Positions 40,921 through 51,030 of a stretch of 64,000 nucleotides of DNA are shown here, piece after piece; the stretch's first letter is position 1; each line of letters opens with the position of its first letter. The notes under the pieces were generated by a model. The model was not told where the DNA came from. It saw only the letters and a list, made by a program, of their open reading frames with translations, and did no database searches. Source of the stretch: an uncultured Mollicutes bacterium (GTDB lineage: Bacteria > Bacillota_I > Bacilli_A > RFN20 > CAG-826); NCBI GenBank assembly GCA_900540365.1, contig UQFN01000001.1:15944-79943 (forward strand), read 5' to 3'. The position numbers and the translations under genes were made by a program.

Positions 40921-41184
40921 TTAATAGTTTTCATTTTCTTTATAAATAGAATTAACATTCTTATTATGTTCTTCTTTTGATATCTCATATCTTTTTTTCA
41001 AATTTAAAAATAATTGATGAATCTTATCAACATAATTATCATCATGAATATTTTGACTCATTCTATTTTTAATATAATTAATAGCATCATTTAAATGATA
41101 AACGTGATTAATTTTTATATCACTAATATCTTCATAAAGAATAATAATTACGGAATACATTTTTGGAGAATTTCTTTTAAACAT
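40921..41184 (-). CDS. hypothetical protein
   Basis: 87-aa ORF directly downstream of and co-oriented with the NERD gene. No motif recognised. Confidence 0.35.
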   Translation of the reverse strand: MFKRNSPKMYSVIIILYEDISDIKINHVYHLNDAINYIKNRMSQNIHDDNYVDKIHQLFLNLKKRYEISKEEHNKNVNSIYKENENY

Positions 41185-41230
41185 TTTTCTAAATGATTTA
41201 TATGGCCTTTATTTTGTAGCACTGGATTAA

Positions 41231-41587
41231 TTATTTCTTTAGTTTTATTAGTATCTTTATAATAACTTTGCCACATAATATCATTTTCGTTTCCATAAAT
41301 TTTCCATAATTTGATTTTGTTTCTATAACAAATACTCCTGCTTTTGTAATTAAAATATGATCAATTTCAGAAGAATAACCTTCTTCATCTTTAAAACATA
41401 AATTGTTAATTAAATAACCTTTATTATCCTTTACTAACTTCTCTAATTCATTAGCAACTAATTCTTCATCAGGTAAATATTTTATTCTTTGATGTTCTTC
41501 GCGTATTCTTTTTGTTTTAGAAATTAAAGCTAATAAAATTATTAAAATAATTATAATTACTGGTATTAAAATAAATAAATATTCCAT
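41231..41587 (-). CDS. NERD (nuclease-related domain) protein with N-terminal TM anchor
   Basis: N-terminal TM (LFILIPVIIIILIILLALI). NERD core: ELEKLVKDNKGYLINNLCF...SSEIDHILITKAGVFVIETKSNYGK. Confidence 0.65.
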   Translation of the reverse strand: MEYLFILIPVIIIILIILLALISKTKRIREEHQRIKYLPDEELVANELEKLVKDNKGYLINNLCFKDEEGYSSEIDHILITKAGVFVIETKSNYGKFMETKMILCGKVIIKILIKLKK

Positions 41588-41635
41588 TAAAATCCCTTAT
41601 TTTTAATAAAAAACCTTTAAAACTCAATTATTTTT

Positions 41636-43495
41636 TTAATTTTTGTTTAATTTTTCTTTTAAATAATTTCTTAATGATTCATCTTCACAATAAATGTAGC
41701 AGCCTTTAATGCCTCTAGTTAAAAGTACTTTGTAAGTTCTTCTAATTAGTTTATCAGCTTCTTCATTTGAAGTACTTTTTAATCTAATTCCACTTGTCTT
41801 ATCATCTTTTGATATTGCATTACGTTTTGTTTGTACATGACCATCTTTATAATAGAGATCTTTACCAATAAAAACTCCGACATAATCAAATTCCATTCCT
41901 TGGCATGTATGAATACAACCTATTTCTTCAAAAGAATTAGGATTTACTGCCCGATGGTCATCGTTAGCTAAATTCCATTTTGCTTTAAAACCATTTGGAA
42001 GAATAATGTCCCAGTCACCTTTGTTATTTTTAACATTCCAATCATAACAATAACCTGCAATCATTCTAGCTTTGTTATTTATTTTATTTAATTCTCTTAA
42101 TTCATCTCTCATTTTGATAGGATCATCAAAAACCTTAACTTTAAGATTATTAAATTCAAAATTTGTATTAGCTGTTTGCTTAATTTCTAATAAATTATTT
42201 AAAAAAGAAATATAACCATCACTTCCATCACATCTAAATTGAGAAGTTAATTCATAAGGTTTATGAATAATTGCATTTTCTTTTTTAGCATACATAATAA
42301 TTGAATTTACATCATATTTATCATTAATAGTAATTCTTTGGTCATCATCAACAAAAAATATTGAAACTTTACTTGCTTTAATAGCATCTCCAAGCATGTC
42401 GTTACCTAAATATCTATAAGGTTTCTTTTGCATACGATGAGCTTCATCAAAAATACCTACATCAAGTCCGTTATATATCGTATTAGGTAAACACCATGGA
42501 GATTGAATTGCTTTTTGAAGATTAACCATCTTTTTAGCATTGCCTTTTGCTAATAAATTAGCATAACACTTTCTTGGAGCCATATTTTTTGTTATATAAG
42601 AAGCATTTAGTTTTAAATCTATAATACATCTAGCTAATATATTAATTGCTAAAACTGATTTCCCAGTTCCTGGCCCTCCAGTAATTATAAGAACATGCTT
42701 CCTTGTGTCATTTTGAGATTCTTTGATTGCTTTCATGATTTTATCATAAGCAACTACTTGTTCATCAATCATATGAAATTCTTCATTTCCACAAAGCATT
42801 GAATCTAAAGCACCTTGAAGAGATTTAGTAGGTTTTAATCTTCCTTCTTCAATTTTATAAAGCAAAGAACTATCATTTGCTTTTAACTTTATATAATTTT
42901 TAATAAAGTTTCTTAATTTTAAAACATCACTTTGCAAAAATACTGGGGCTTCTTCTATCCATTCATGATATAAGTTATCTTCAATAACAGGACGATATTC
43001 TTCACTTAAATTGTGTAGATATGCACATGGTTTTAAAGTCTCATTATTAATAGAAACAGAGTCATTACAATAATCTAATATTAATTGTTTATAAGAATAA
43101 GCTTGATATGAAGGGTGAGCAACAGGTTCATGGCTTCTTAAATCAGACATTATTGAATGATCACAATTATCATCAACTTTATTAACTCTAGCCCATTGTT
43201 TTAATTCAATAATAACAACATGATCTTCATCATTGTTATTACCCACAGTCATAAAATCAACACGTTTAGAAGTTTGAGGAATATTATATTCAATAGCAAC
43301 TTGACATTCGTTATCAAAATAAAAATCATCTAAAACATCTTTCATAAAGTGTAAAGAATTATTCCATGAATTTATTTCACTAGCTGATCCTCCACTTAAG
43401 CCTTTCTCTCTAAGTGTTTTTAAAAGAATACTTTGCATCATATTGAAAGTAACATCAGTTCTAAAATCTTTTAATGACTTATTATAAATGATCAT
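41636..43495 (-). CDS. PD-(D/E)xK nuclease-like N-domain fused to DUF2075-type (Schlafen/SF1 helicase-like) P-loop ATPase
   Basis: N-terminal restriction-endonuclease-like motif (RVDFMTVG ... VVIIELKQW, i.e. D...E-x-K). Walker A (ITGGPGTGKSVLA), Walker B (IFDEAHRM). Helicase motif V-like (IHTCQGMEFDYVGVFIG) and motif VI-like (VLLTRGIKG). Confidence 0.7.
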   Translation of the reverse strand: MIIYNKSLKDFRTDVTFNMMQSILLKTLREKGLSGGSASEINSWNNSLHFMKDVLDDFYFDNECQVAIEYNIPQTSKRVDFMTVGNNNDEDHVVIIELKQWARVNKVDDNCDHSIMSDLRSHEPVAHPSYQAYSYKQLILDYCNDSVSINNETLKPCAYLHNLSEEYRPVIEDNLYHEWIEEAPVFLQSDVLKLRNFIKNYIKLKANDSSLLYKIEEGRLKPTKSLQGALDSMLCGNEEFHMIDEQVVAYDKIMKAIKESQNDTRKHVLIITGGPGTGKSVLAINILARCIIDLKLNASYITKNMAPRKCYANLLAKGNAKKMVNLQKAIQSPWCLPNTIYNGLDVGIFDEAHRMQKKPYRYLGNDMLGDAIKASKVSIFFVDDDQRITINDKYDVNSIIMYAKKENAIIHKPYELTSQFRCDGSDGYISFLNNLLEIKQTANTNFEFNNLKVKVFDDPIKMRDELRELNKINNKARMIAGYCYDWNVKNNKGDWDIILPNGFKAKWNLANDDHRAVNPNSFEEIGCIHTCQGMEFDYVGVFIGKDLYYKDGHVQTKRNAISKDDKTSGIRLKSTSNEEADKLIRRTYKVLLTRGIKGCYIYCEDESLRNYLKEKLNKN

Positions 43496-43836
43496 AATTT
43501 AGTATATTTATTTGCTTTTCCTTTACACTTTTCTATTGGATATTTTAATTCATTTTTATCTAATTTATTATTAATAATTTCATCTTCATCTAAATTAAGA
43601 ACATCTAACATATTTTGACAATAAATTAATACATCCGCTAACTCATCTTTAACTTCATTTACATCAAAATCATTTTCATTCCATTGAAAACATTCTAATA
43701 ATTCATTAGACTCAATACTTATTGTTTTTGCTAAATTTGCAGGAGTATGAAATTTGTCACAATCTCTGTCTTTGGAAAATTTTTTAATTCTATCTTTTGT
43801 ATCTTTGTTCATATGAAAATTGTAATCTTTTTGCAT
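43492..43836 (-). CDS. MazG-like nucleotide pyrophosphohydrolase (RS21-C6/DCTPP1-like all-alpha NTP-PPase)
   Basis: 114 aa. Matches the family along its length: KFHTPANLAKTISIESNELLECFQW...VKDELADVLIYCQNMLDVLNLDEDEIINNKLDKNELKYP. Its stop overlaps the DUF2075 gene start by 4 nt. Confidence 0.8.
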   Translation of the reverse strand: MQKDYNFHMNKDTKDRIKKFSKDRDCDKFHTPANLAKTISIESNELLECFQWNENDFDVNEVKDELADVLIYCQNMLDVLNLDEDEIINNKLDKNELKYPIEKCKGKANKYTKL

Positions 43837-43966
43837 AAAAAAATCATTATTGTAATTTTTACATAAAACTTTGTTTTGAGGTTAATTCAAACAAAATATA
43901 TGAAAAAGTAAATATAATATTTCATAAAATATGTGGTATCATATTATTCGTGAGTAGATATAAGAT

Positions 43967-45421
43967 ATGAAAGTCGATTATTCAAAATTGTGGAAGTTGT
44001 TAATAGATAGAAAAATGTCCAAAACAGAATTTAGAAAATTTGCAGTAATAAGTACTAGTACACTTGCAAAACTCGGTAAGGAAGAATTGGTAAGCCCAGA
44101 GGTACTGACTAAAATATGTAGGGCACTAAATTGTGATGTCAAAGATATTCTTACTTTTGTTAAAGATGAACAAGAAATTATCGATACCGCTAAAGACAAG
44201 AATAAATACAAGGTTATATCATTATTTTCTGGCGCTGGAGGAATGGATCTTGGTTTCGTAAATGCAGGTTTCCAAATAATTTGGGCAAACGATATTTTTA
44301 AAGAAGCTATCGAAACTTATAAAAAAAATATTGGAAATCACATTGTATTTGGGGATATAAGTATGATATCAAGTGATGATATACCTAACGATGTTGATGT
44401 TGTTATAGGCGGATTCCCTTGTCAAGGGTTTTCAATTGCAAATAAAAACCGAAGTATGAATGATAAAAGAAATTTTTTATACAAAGAAATGCTTAGAATT
44501 ATTAAAGATAAAAAGCCAAAAATGTTTGTCGCTGAAAATGTAAAAGGCTTGTTATCAATGGAAAAAGGCAAAGTTTTCGATATGATTAAAAAAGACTTTG
44601 AATCTCTGGGATATTATGTTGAAGCTAAAATATTAAATGCTGCCGAATATGGAGTTCCTCAGCAAAGAGAACGCTTAATTATTATAGGAAATAGAATTAA
44701 CAAGTCCGTTTCTTTTCCAATAAAAACACATTACTTAAATAATGATAATAGTAATAAAAATCTTAAACCAGCAGTTGCTACAGAGAAAGCAATTGGTTGG
44801 CTTGCAAATATAAAATGTCAAGAAAATCCAATTATTCTGAAAAATGGTAAAGTAGTTTATCAACATATTGCTCTTGAAAATGTTGCCGATAAATTTTGGG
44901 GAAGAAAATATCCAGTTGATCAAAGTGAACTGTGCGATTACTTAGTATTTTGGAAGAAAAAAGCTAAGATAAGCACTAAAGAAATAGATAGATTGCTCGG
45001 CTATAAATTTACAGCTGGTCATTGGTTTAGAAAAGACAATAATAGTGGTAGCATCCCGACACCAGATGATTGGTGGAAACTAAAAAAAATACTAAATTTT
45101 GATGATAAATTTGATAAGGAGGTTACAACCTTAATCGAAAAAAAAGTTTCATTTGAGCAATCGCTGAGAATTACAAATTGGGATCGACCAAGTGATACAA
45201 TCACAGCAACAAGTCCTGAGATCCATATTAATAAAAAGAGAAGATTAAGTGTCAGAGAATGTGCAATATTGCAATGTTTCCCTGAAGATTTTATATTTTA
45301 TGGTTCAACAATAGGTGTTATGTATAAACAAATTGGCAATGCAGTTCCTGTTAAACTAGCATATGAGATTGCGATGTGTGTAAAATCAGAATTAGAAAAA
45401 TCTACTTGTCTTTTAAACTAA
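43967..45421 (+). CDS. DNA (cytosine-5)-methyltransferase with N-terminal XRE-type HTH
   Basis: HTH at residues ~1-60. m5C-MTase motif I (LFSGAGGMDLGF), motif IV (GGFPCQGFSIANK), motif VI (ENVKGL) and motif VIII (QQRER). After a variable TRD come C-terminal motifs IX-X (RLSVRECAILQCFP..., GNAVP). Confidence 0.9.
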   Translation: MKVDYSKLWKLLIDRKMSKTEFRKFAVISTSTLAKLGKEELVSPEVLTKICRALNCDVKDILTFVKDEQEIIDTAKDKNKYKVISLFSGAGGMDLGFVNAGFQIIWANDIFKEAIETYKKNIGNHIVFGDISMISSDDIPNDVDVVIGGFPCQGFSIANKNRSMNDKRNFLYKEMLRIIKDKKPKMFVAENVKGLLSMEKGKVFDMIKKDFESLGYYVEAKILNAAEYGVPQQRERLIIIGNRINKSVSFPIKTHYLNNDNSNKNLKPAVATEKAIGWLANIKCQENPIILKNGKVVYQHIALENVADKFWGRKYPVDQSELCDYLVFWKKKAKISTKEIDRLLGYKFTAGHWFRKDNNSGSIPTPDDWWKLKKILNFDDKFDKEVTTLIEKKVSFEQSLRITNWDRPSDTITATSPEIHINKKRRLSVRECAILQCFPEDFIFYGSTIGVMYKQIGNAVPVKLAYEIAMCVKSELEKSTCLLN

Positions 45422-46445
45422 TACTTTTAACCCCATCCCATCTTTCATTATGTGAATCGTATCTCTCAATAAGGCTCAAATTAGAAATTCGATTTGTATG
45501 GCCTTTATTTACAGCTTCAAGATAATATTCTTTTTTTGAGGAAATTTTGTTGACTTTTCTTGAAACTGGAAACCATGATACACCACTTGTTTTGTATATT
45601 GGATGTACTTGTTTTGAATTAAAAGCACCTTTTTTAGATCTTCCGTTGATAAGCTGGAAGTCAGGAAATTTATTTATATAATTTTCGATCGAATCTAATA
45701 CCTTTTCGCTATCATCAGTAAGATAAATTGGTTTGAATCCTTGTTTAATATCAAAATAACTATAGGTCTTAAAATTTGAGATCAAATCATAATCAAATAG
45801 TGGACTTAAGATACCGTTTGGCAAACATTTTAAGTAAATAGTATTAAAAGAATCGCCTCTGTATAATTGAAATTTTTTACTATCATCTTTGTAGACAATA
45901 ACCAAAAAATATGTCAAAACAGGTAGTAATTGACCATTATTGAAACTAAACTCTTCAGGTAACAGTGTTTCCACTTTTATGCCAGAATTTTTAATATTTG
46001 GATCAGTATCTAAATTAATATTATGAAAAGATGACTGATTACTTTCAAACTGTAAATTATTAATGTCACCCTTGTTTCCTTTGTAATCCAATGTTTTTAC
46101 ATCAACATTAATAACAGCATCTTTAGTAATAAAAGCAATGTCAGAAGAAACTGGCGATGGATATACATTTAAAATAAAGTCGCTTAAATATCTATAGATA
46201 TAAAATCTTGTAAGTCTTTCGGCAGGTATTTTTATTTTGTTTTTTTCATCCCAAACTTTTGTTAGAAAATTGTAATTTTTTTGTATTTCCTTTTCGATCA
46301 GCTTTAAATCTTTTATAAAAGATGCTGATGTAAATAGCGAATAAAGAATGTCGAAATATTTCTTTTCAAGGTCTAATACTTTTTTCATTTTATCGACATT
46401 ATGTTTTTTTGGATCAATTTGATAAATTTTTTTCTGTGTACTCAT
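45402..46445 (-). CDS. putative Type II restriction endonuclease (cognate of the C5-MTase)
   Basis: 347-aa ORF convergent with the MTase and overlapping it by 20 nt. No family motif recognised. The assignment rests on the classic convergent R-M gene arrangement. Confidence 0.5.
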   Translation of the reverse strand: MSTQKKIYQIDPKKHNVDKMKKVLDLEKKYFDILYSLFTSASFIKDLKLIEKEIQKNYNFLTKVWDEKNKIKIPAERLTRFYIYRYLSDFILNVYPSPVSSDIAFITKDAVINVDVKTLDYKGNKGDINNLQFESNQSSFHNINLDTDPNIKNSGIKVETLLPEEFSFNNGQLLPVLTYFLVIVYKDDSKKFQLYRGDSFNTIYLKCLPNGILSPLFDYDLISNFKTYSYFDIKQGFKPIYLTDDSEKVLDSIENYINKFPDFQLINGRSKKGAFNSKQVHPIYKTSGVSWFPVSRKVNKISSKKEYYLEAVNKGHTNRISNLSLIERYDSHNERWDGVKSISLKDK

Positions 46446-46565
46446 TCTCTTATATTAATACTTTTGTAAAAAATAATAAACTTTGTAAAAAATTTTGATA
46501 ATTTTTATTGCACTTCACATTATTATTGACAGAAAATATCCTTCAAATTATATAAATTATAAAAA

Positions 46566-47210
46566 CTAAGCATTCCAGAACACTATACTTTTAATTTTTT
46601 TATAAATATCTTTATTATTATTTTTGTCCCATAAACCAAACATACTATTAAAACTTGTTAAAAGACATTTTTTGTTAAATAAAGGGTGATTAGAACATTT
46701 AGTAACAAACCTTTTAATCAATTTAAGATAGACATCTTTATCGTTAATAATTAAAGAATGGCATTTTAATCTCCATTTTTGATTTGCCTTCCAACCTGAA
46801 TATACATCATTCAGCTCTGGTACAATAAAATTTATTATTCCGCCAATTCCAACTATATCATATTTGTTTTTGTTTTTTGCTGGATACTCACATATTAAAA
46901 TATGTAAAAACAAATGTTCAAGATAGTCACAGTAAACAATATTTTCAGGTAATTGCCATTCATATGGATTTGCTAAAGCGTGTGTTTTGCTTCCTAACAT
47001 TATTGCATGATCTTCATATTTATGATGTGCTAGCAACCCATCACTAGTTCTTGAACATTTAGGATTACGATTACCATTTTTAAACATATATGCACTTCGT
47101 CCAATCCCGTACTTCTTTTGCAAATAGTTACAATATTCAAGATACGTATATCCTTTTACTTTGTTATATTCTCTCATGTTCATAATATCTTTTTCTTCGA
47201 ATAAACTCAT
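46566..47210 (-). CDS. hypothetical protein
   Basis: 214-aa ORF. Its first six codons (MSLFEE) and about 100 nt upstream duplicate the 3' end of the helicase pseudogene (see findings). Confidence 0.45.
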   Translation of the reverse strand: MSLFEEKDIMNMREYNKVKGYTYLEYCNYLQKKYGIGRSAYMFKNGNRNPKCSRTSDGLLAHHKYEDHAIMLGSKTHALANPYEWQLPENIVYCDYLEHLFLHILICEYPAKNKNKYDIVGIGGIINFIVPELNDVYSGWKANQKWRLKCHSLIINDKDVYLKLIKRFVTKCSNHPLFNKKCLLTSFNSMFGLWDKNNNKDIYKKIKSIVFWNA

Positions 47211-47575
47211 TTGATCAATTCTATTATCTTACTTCTATTTTTCCAATTATAAATTCATAACGTTTAGTCTAAAATTTATATTGTACTTAACGCAAATATC
47301 TCACATAAATCAAATGATGCTTTTATAACTAAGTTATATATCAGCATTAATTTAAAAATATCATAACTTATATTAAAAGCAAAATATAAGAATGTAAAAG
47401 TATTAGCATATCCGATTTCAGCATTGTCTCTTACATCTTTTATCACAAAAAAATAGTGAAATAGATAAGTTTTATCACATTTTATGAGCCAATCATTACA
47501 TTAAAAATATATTTTTAATTAAGCAAGTTCTATAAACTTTCATATATCTAATTAATATTTTATTCTTCAAATAAA

Positions 47576-50500
47576 CTCATTTGTTCGAATGCTTCATCTA
47601 AATTTTGTATTTTCCCGATTGTAAATTCAAATAAACCAATAATTGATTCATAATCTTTAACTGCACTATTAGGTATTCTAATTAATTTTATATTGTATTT
47701 AGCACAGATTTCTTCTTTTTTCTATCTCTAAGAGCAGTTTCTTTACTACCAACATGTTCACCACCATCAATTTCAAAAGCAACTATTGTTTTATATTGAC
47801 GATTAAATAAACCTCCACTAACTTGAACTATAACATCAAATTCTTTCATACCTATTTCTTTATGGTCAAAATAATTTACATTTTTAATAGCTTTTTCTAC
47901 AAGTACATTTCTTTCAATTCTAAATTTAGATCCTCGACGATTAAAATAAGGTTTAATAGTTTCAAAAAACTCCCTTTCGCTTTTTGAATCATTTGAAAAA
48001 TCATAATTAATAACTGCTTCACTTTGAGGAACACTAATTTCTCCGTTACCAAAAACATAATCTGAAAGAGCTTTAATATCATTAGTGTCGTTTTTACTTA
48101 AGGCATCAATTGCTTCTTTATCTCCAACAAAAATAAATTTATTTTTTGCTCTAGTAACTGCAACATTAATTAATTCATAATTATTTTTAATCCAACCCAT
48201 TGTTCTTTTTGCGGTTTTTAAAGATAAGGCTGAAGACATAATAATTACTGATTTTTCTTAACCTTGTAAGGTATGAACTGTACCAGCTTTAACATCTTCT
48301 ATTCCAAATTGTTCTAAATATTCATTAATTAAAGCTGCTTGGTTAACAAATGGAGTTATTATTCCAACATCCTTATAATTATTTTCTTTAATAATTTTTG
48401 CTATTTCATAAGCTTCTTCATTATAGGAATTCCTTAATTTAGCTTTAGATGTATTTTGAACATTTACATAAACTAAATCACCTAAATTTTCATTAAGTAA
48501 CTTAAGTTGTTTCTCATAAAATCTTTGATTAACAAAACTTGCAATTCTTTTACCGCATCGATAATGGTATCTTAATAAGATACATTTCGAATTATTATCT
48601 TTCTTTAACATTAAAGAAAGAATTGAATTTCTAACATAGTTATATTCTTTACTAATGTTATATTTATTCATTAAATCAAAATTAACATCATTTTCAATTA
48701 CGGTAACTGGTTGCAGTTGATTTGTATCTCCTACTAATAATAAATTTTCTCCTCTAACAATAGGAATTAATGAAGATGCAATATTGCATTGTCCTGCTTC
48801 ATCCATTATTACTAAATCAAAATGATTAGTTGCACTTCCTAACTTTTCTGAAGATAAATTAGTAGATAAAATAATAGGAAAAATAGACAAAAAACGTCTT
48901 AAATTCAAGTTATTTTTCAAAAATTTATTAAATTTAGAAACTGCAATATTCTCATCTTCAAGTGCAATAATTTCCCTTAATTCCTTAAAAGTTGGACCTA
49001 ATAATTTCTTATATCTTAAAATTGATGAGTAATATAAAAAATTGTGAAAATCTAAATCATCAAAGACTGATTTTGTACATTTAAATATATCTTTATCAGT
49101 AATATTTTTACTTGTGTTTAATTTATATTTATAAAGTTTAAGTTCAGATTCTAATTTCTCATTAATTTGATTAATTGATATAAAATCTTTTAATTTTCCA
49201 AGAGTATTGATACGCTCTTCTAAATCTAATTTATTTTCATATTCTATTAATAACTTTTTAAGTTCATTAAAGTTTGATAATGATTTATTTTTATTATCTT
49301 CAATTAGATTATCATATGTCTTTACATCTTGATTTTTTGATATATAAGTAAGTAATTCTTTTAACTTTTTAATCGTGTCAAGCATTTCAATATTATTTCC
49401 AATACGAATCATTGGAAAAATAATTTCTTGACTACTATTTTTAAATTTAAAAGACTCAATCATCTTTTTATAAATATCAATAACAGGATGATTGTTATTT
49501 GAACATACTAAAACTGTTTTATTATTTGCATAAGCAGATAATAAAACATTAAATATAGTTTCTGTTTTACCAGTTCCTGGTGGCCCTTTAACATAAGTAA
49601 TATGATTAACCATTGAGTTATAAACTACCCTAAGTTGATCAATATTTATTTTATTTTTATTAAATACAACAATATTTAAATCTTTATCTTTGTTATTTCT
49701 ACTTCTATTTCGACCAAAAAAAGCTTTCAAAGGTGTAGTTAATTTATTTTCTTCATCTAGTTTTTCAATAGATTCAATTGCATCACTTACACCATTTAAA
49801 CAATTTCGAAATAACAAAAATATTGATGGAGTCGTATCTATTCTTTCGTTATGATGAAAATTTTCTTTAATTAATTCTTTATATTCATTATATTTTTCAT
49901 CAAAGGTAGAACAAAAATCTTCAGAAGAAATTCCATCTAAATACATTCCTAAAGTAACTCTTTTTCTTTCAGAAATTAAAAAAGAATTATTAATAGAAGA
50001 TTTTTTGGCTACATGTAATGTTTTATCTAAAAAATTTAACTCTAATTCACGATATGCAATAACATATTGCTTTCCATCAATATCTATTGAAAGTTTATTT
50101 AAAGCAAGTGTAGCAAAGCGATTTTTTTGTTTAGCTTCTTCATAAGAAACTTTAAATACTTTATCTAATAAAATATTAAATTGATTATCATCTAATTGAT
50201 AATTAGAAGATTTAGAAAGTGTATAAAAATCAATATCATCAATTAAAGCTTTATCTTTAACGTAAGGGTCATTATCTAATCGATAACATTCTAATAAATA
50301 TTCTAAAATATTATTATCAAAATTAACTACATCAAAATAAGCATAAAACGCCTTATCATTTTTAATTTTAGTTTTAAGATTTATAGGAATTTCGTAGTAA
50401 CTATTTTCAATAATCCTAGCAGATTTAATTCCTGAAAATTTAATATAAGTGTCATTTCCTTTTTTTAAAAGATGGTCAGTTTTAAAAGGATTAAAAATAT

Positions 50501-50648
50501 CACAATAAATGATTTCTTTTTTAATATCTACTGCTTTTATTCCAATATAATAATTAGTAGACTCATTATTCCTGTTTAAATAAGAAACTGCGAGCCATTT
50601 ATTACTAATAATTGCTTGATATATTAAGTTCTTTATCGATAATTTCAT
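47576..50648 (-). pseudogene. Upf1-like (AAA_11/AAA_12) SF1 helicase with C-terminal DUF559 (Vsr-like) endonuclease domain, disrupted by in-frame TAA and a poly-A frameshift
   Basis: Helicase motif I (KGPPGTGKTET), motif II (VIMDEAGQ), and motif V (TVHTLQG) followed immediately by TAA at 48258-48260. The same frame resumes (EKSVIIMSS...VAVTRAKNKFIFVGD, motif VI). A DUF559-like domain follows (IVAFEIDGGEHV...RDRKK). It ends in the 47688 ORF, but a frame change in the A-run near 47712-47722 gives a native-looking tail (EEICAKYNIKLIRIP...EQMSLFEE*) ending at 47576. Confidence 0.7.
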
Positions 50649-50940
50649 GTTTAATTATATTTATTATAGTAATAATTACAAAAAAATCATAAATATAAAT
50701 CCTTTAATTTAAAATAAATTTAATTACTAATAATTCAGCATTGCATAATTCCTTTATTCCGTACACATTTTTAATTTTTTTATTTTTAACATCATTTTCT
50801 CTCTTACAATTAAAATATGTTTACAGTAACACCTTTACAGTTAGTTATCTTTTGGTAACTGTTGTTTTTTATTAATTCTATAATTTTCGCTAATGTTTCA
50901 ATATAAAATCCCAAGCTATATTAGCAATATATCATTATCA

Positions 50941-51010
50941 CTACTTTTTAATATTTAACGCAACTACACTCTCAATATGTGAAGTAATCCACGTGGACTA
51001 TAACCAAGCC
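50941..51010 (-). pseudogene. remnant of an rlmD 3' end (duplicate of the last ~20 codons of the rlmD gene at 60984)
   Basis: The minus-strand translation ...HVDYFTY / HIESVVALNIKK* parallels the rlmD C-terminus FVDMFPRTYHIESVVGLYLKK*. The 19-mer CAACTAC[A/G]CTCTCAATATG is shared by 50961-50979 and 61004-61022. Confidence 0.6.
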
Positions 51011-51030
51011 TAACCTAGAGGCTATCAAAT

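Noticed and set aside
41231-41587. NERD ORF as a truncated pseudogene
   Set aside because: At 118 aa it is shorter than many NERD proteins, and the next ORF is in another frame. But the NERD core is complete up to the ETK-NY-G segment, and there is a clean TAA. Small TM-anchored NERD proteins exist, so I kept it as a CDS.
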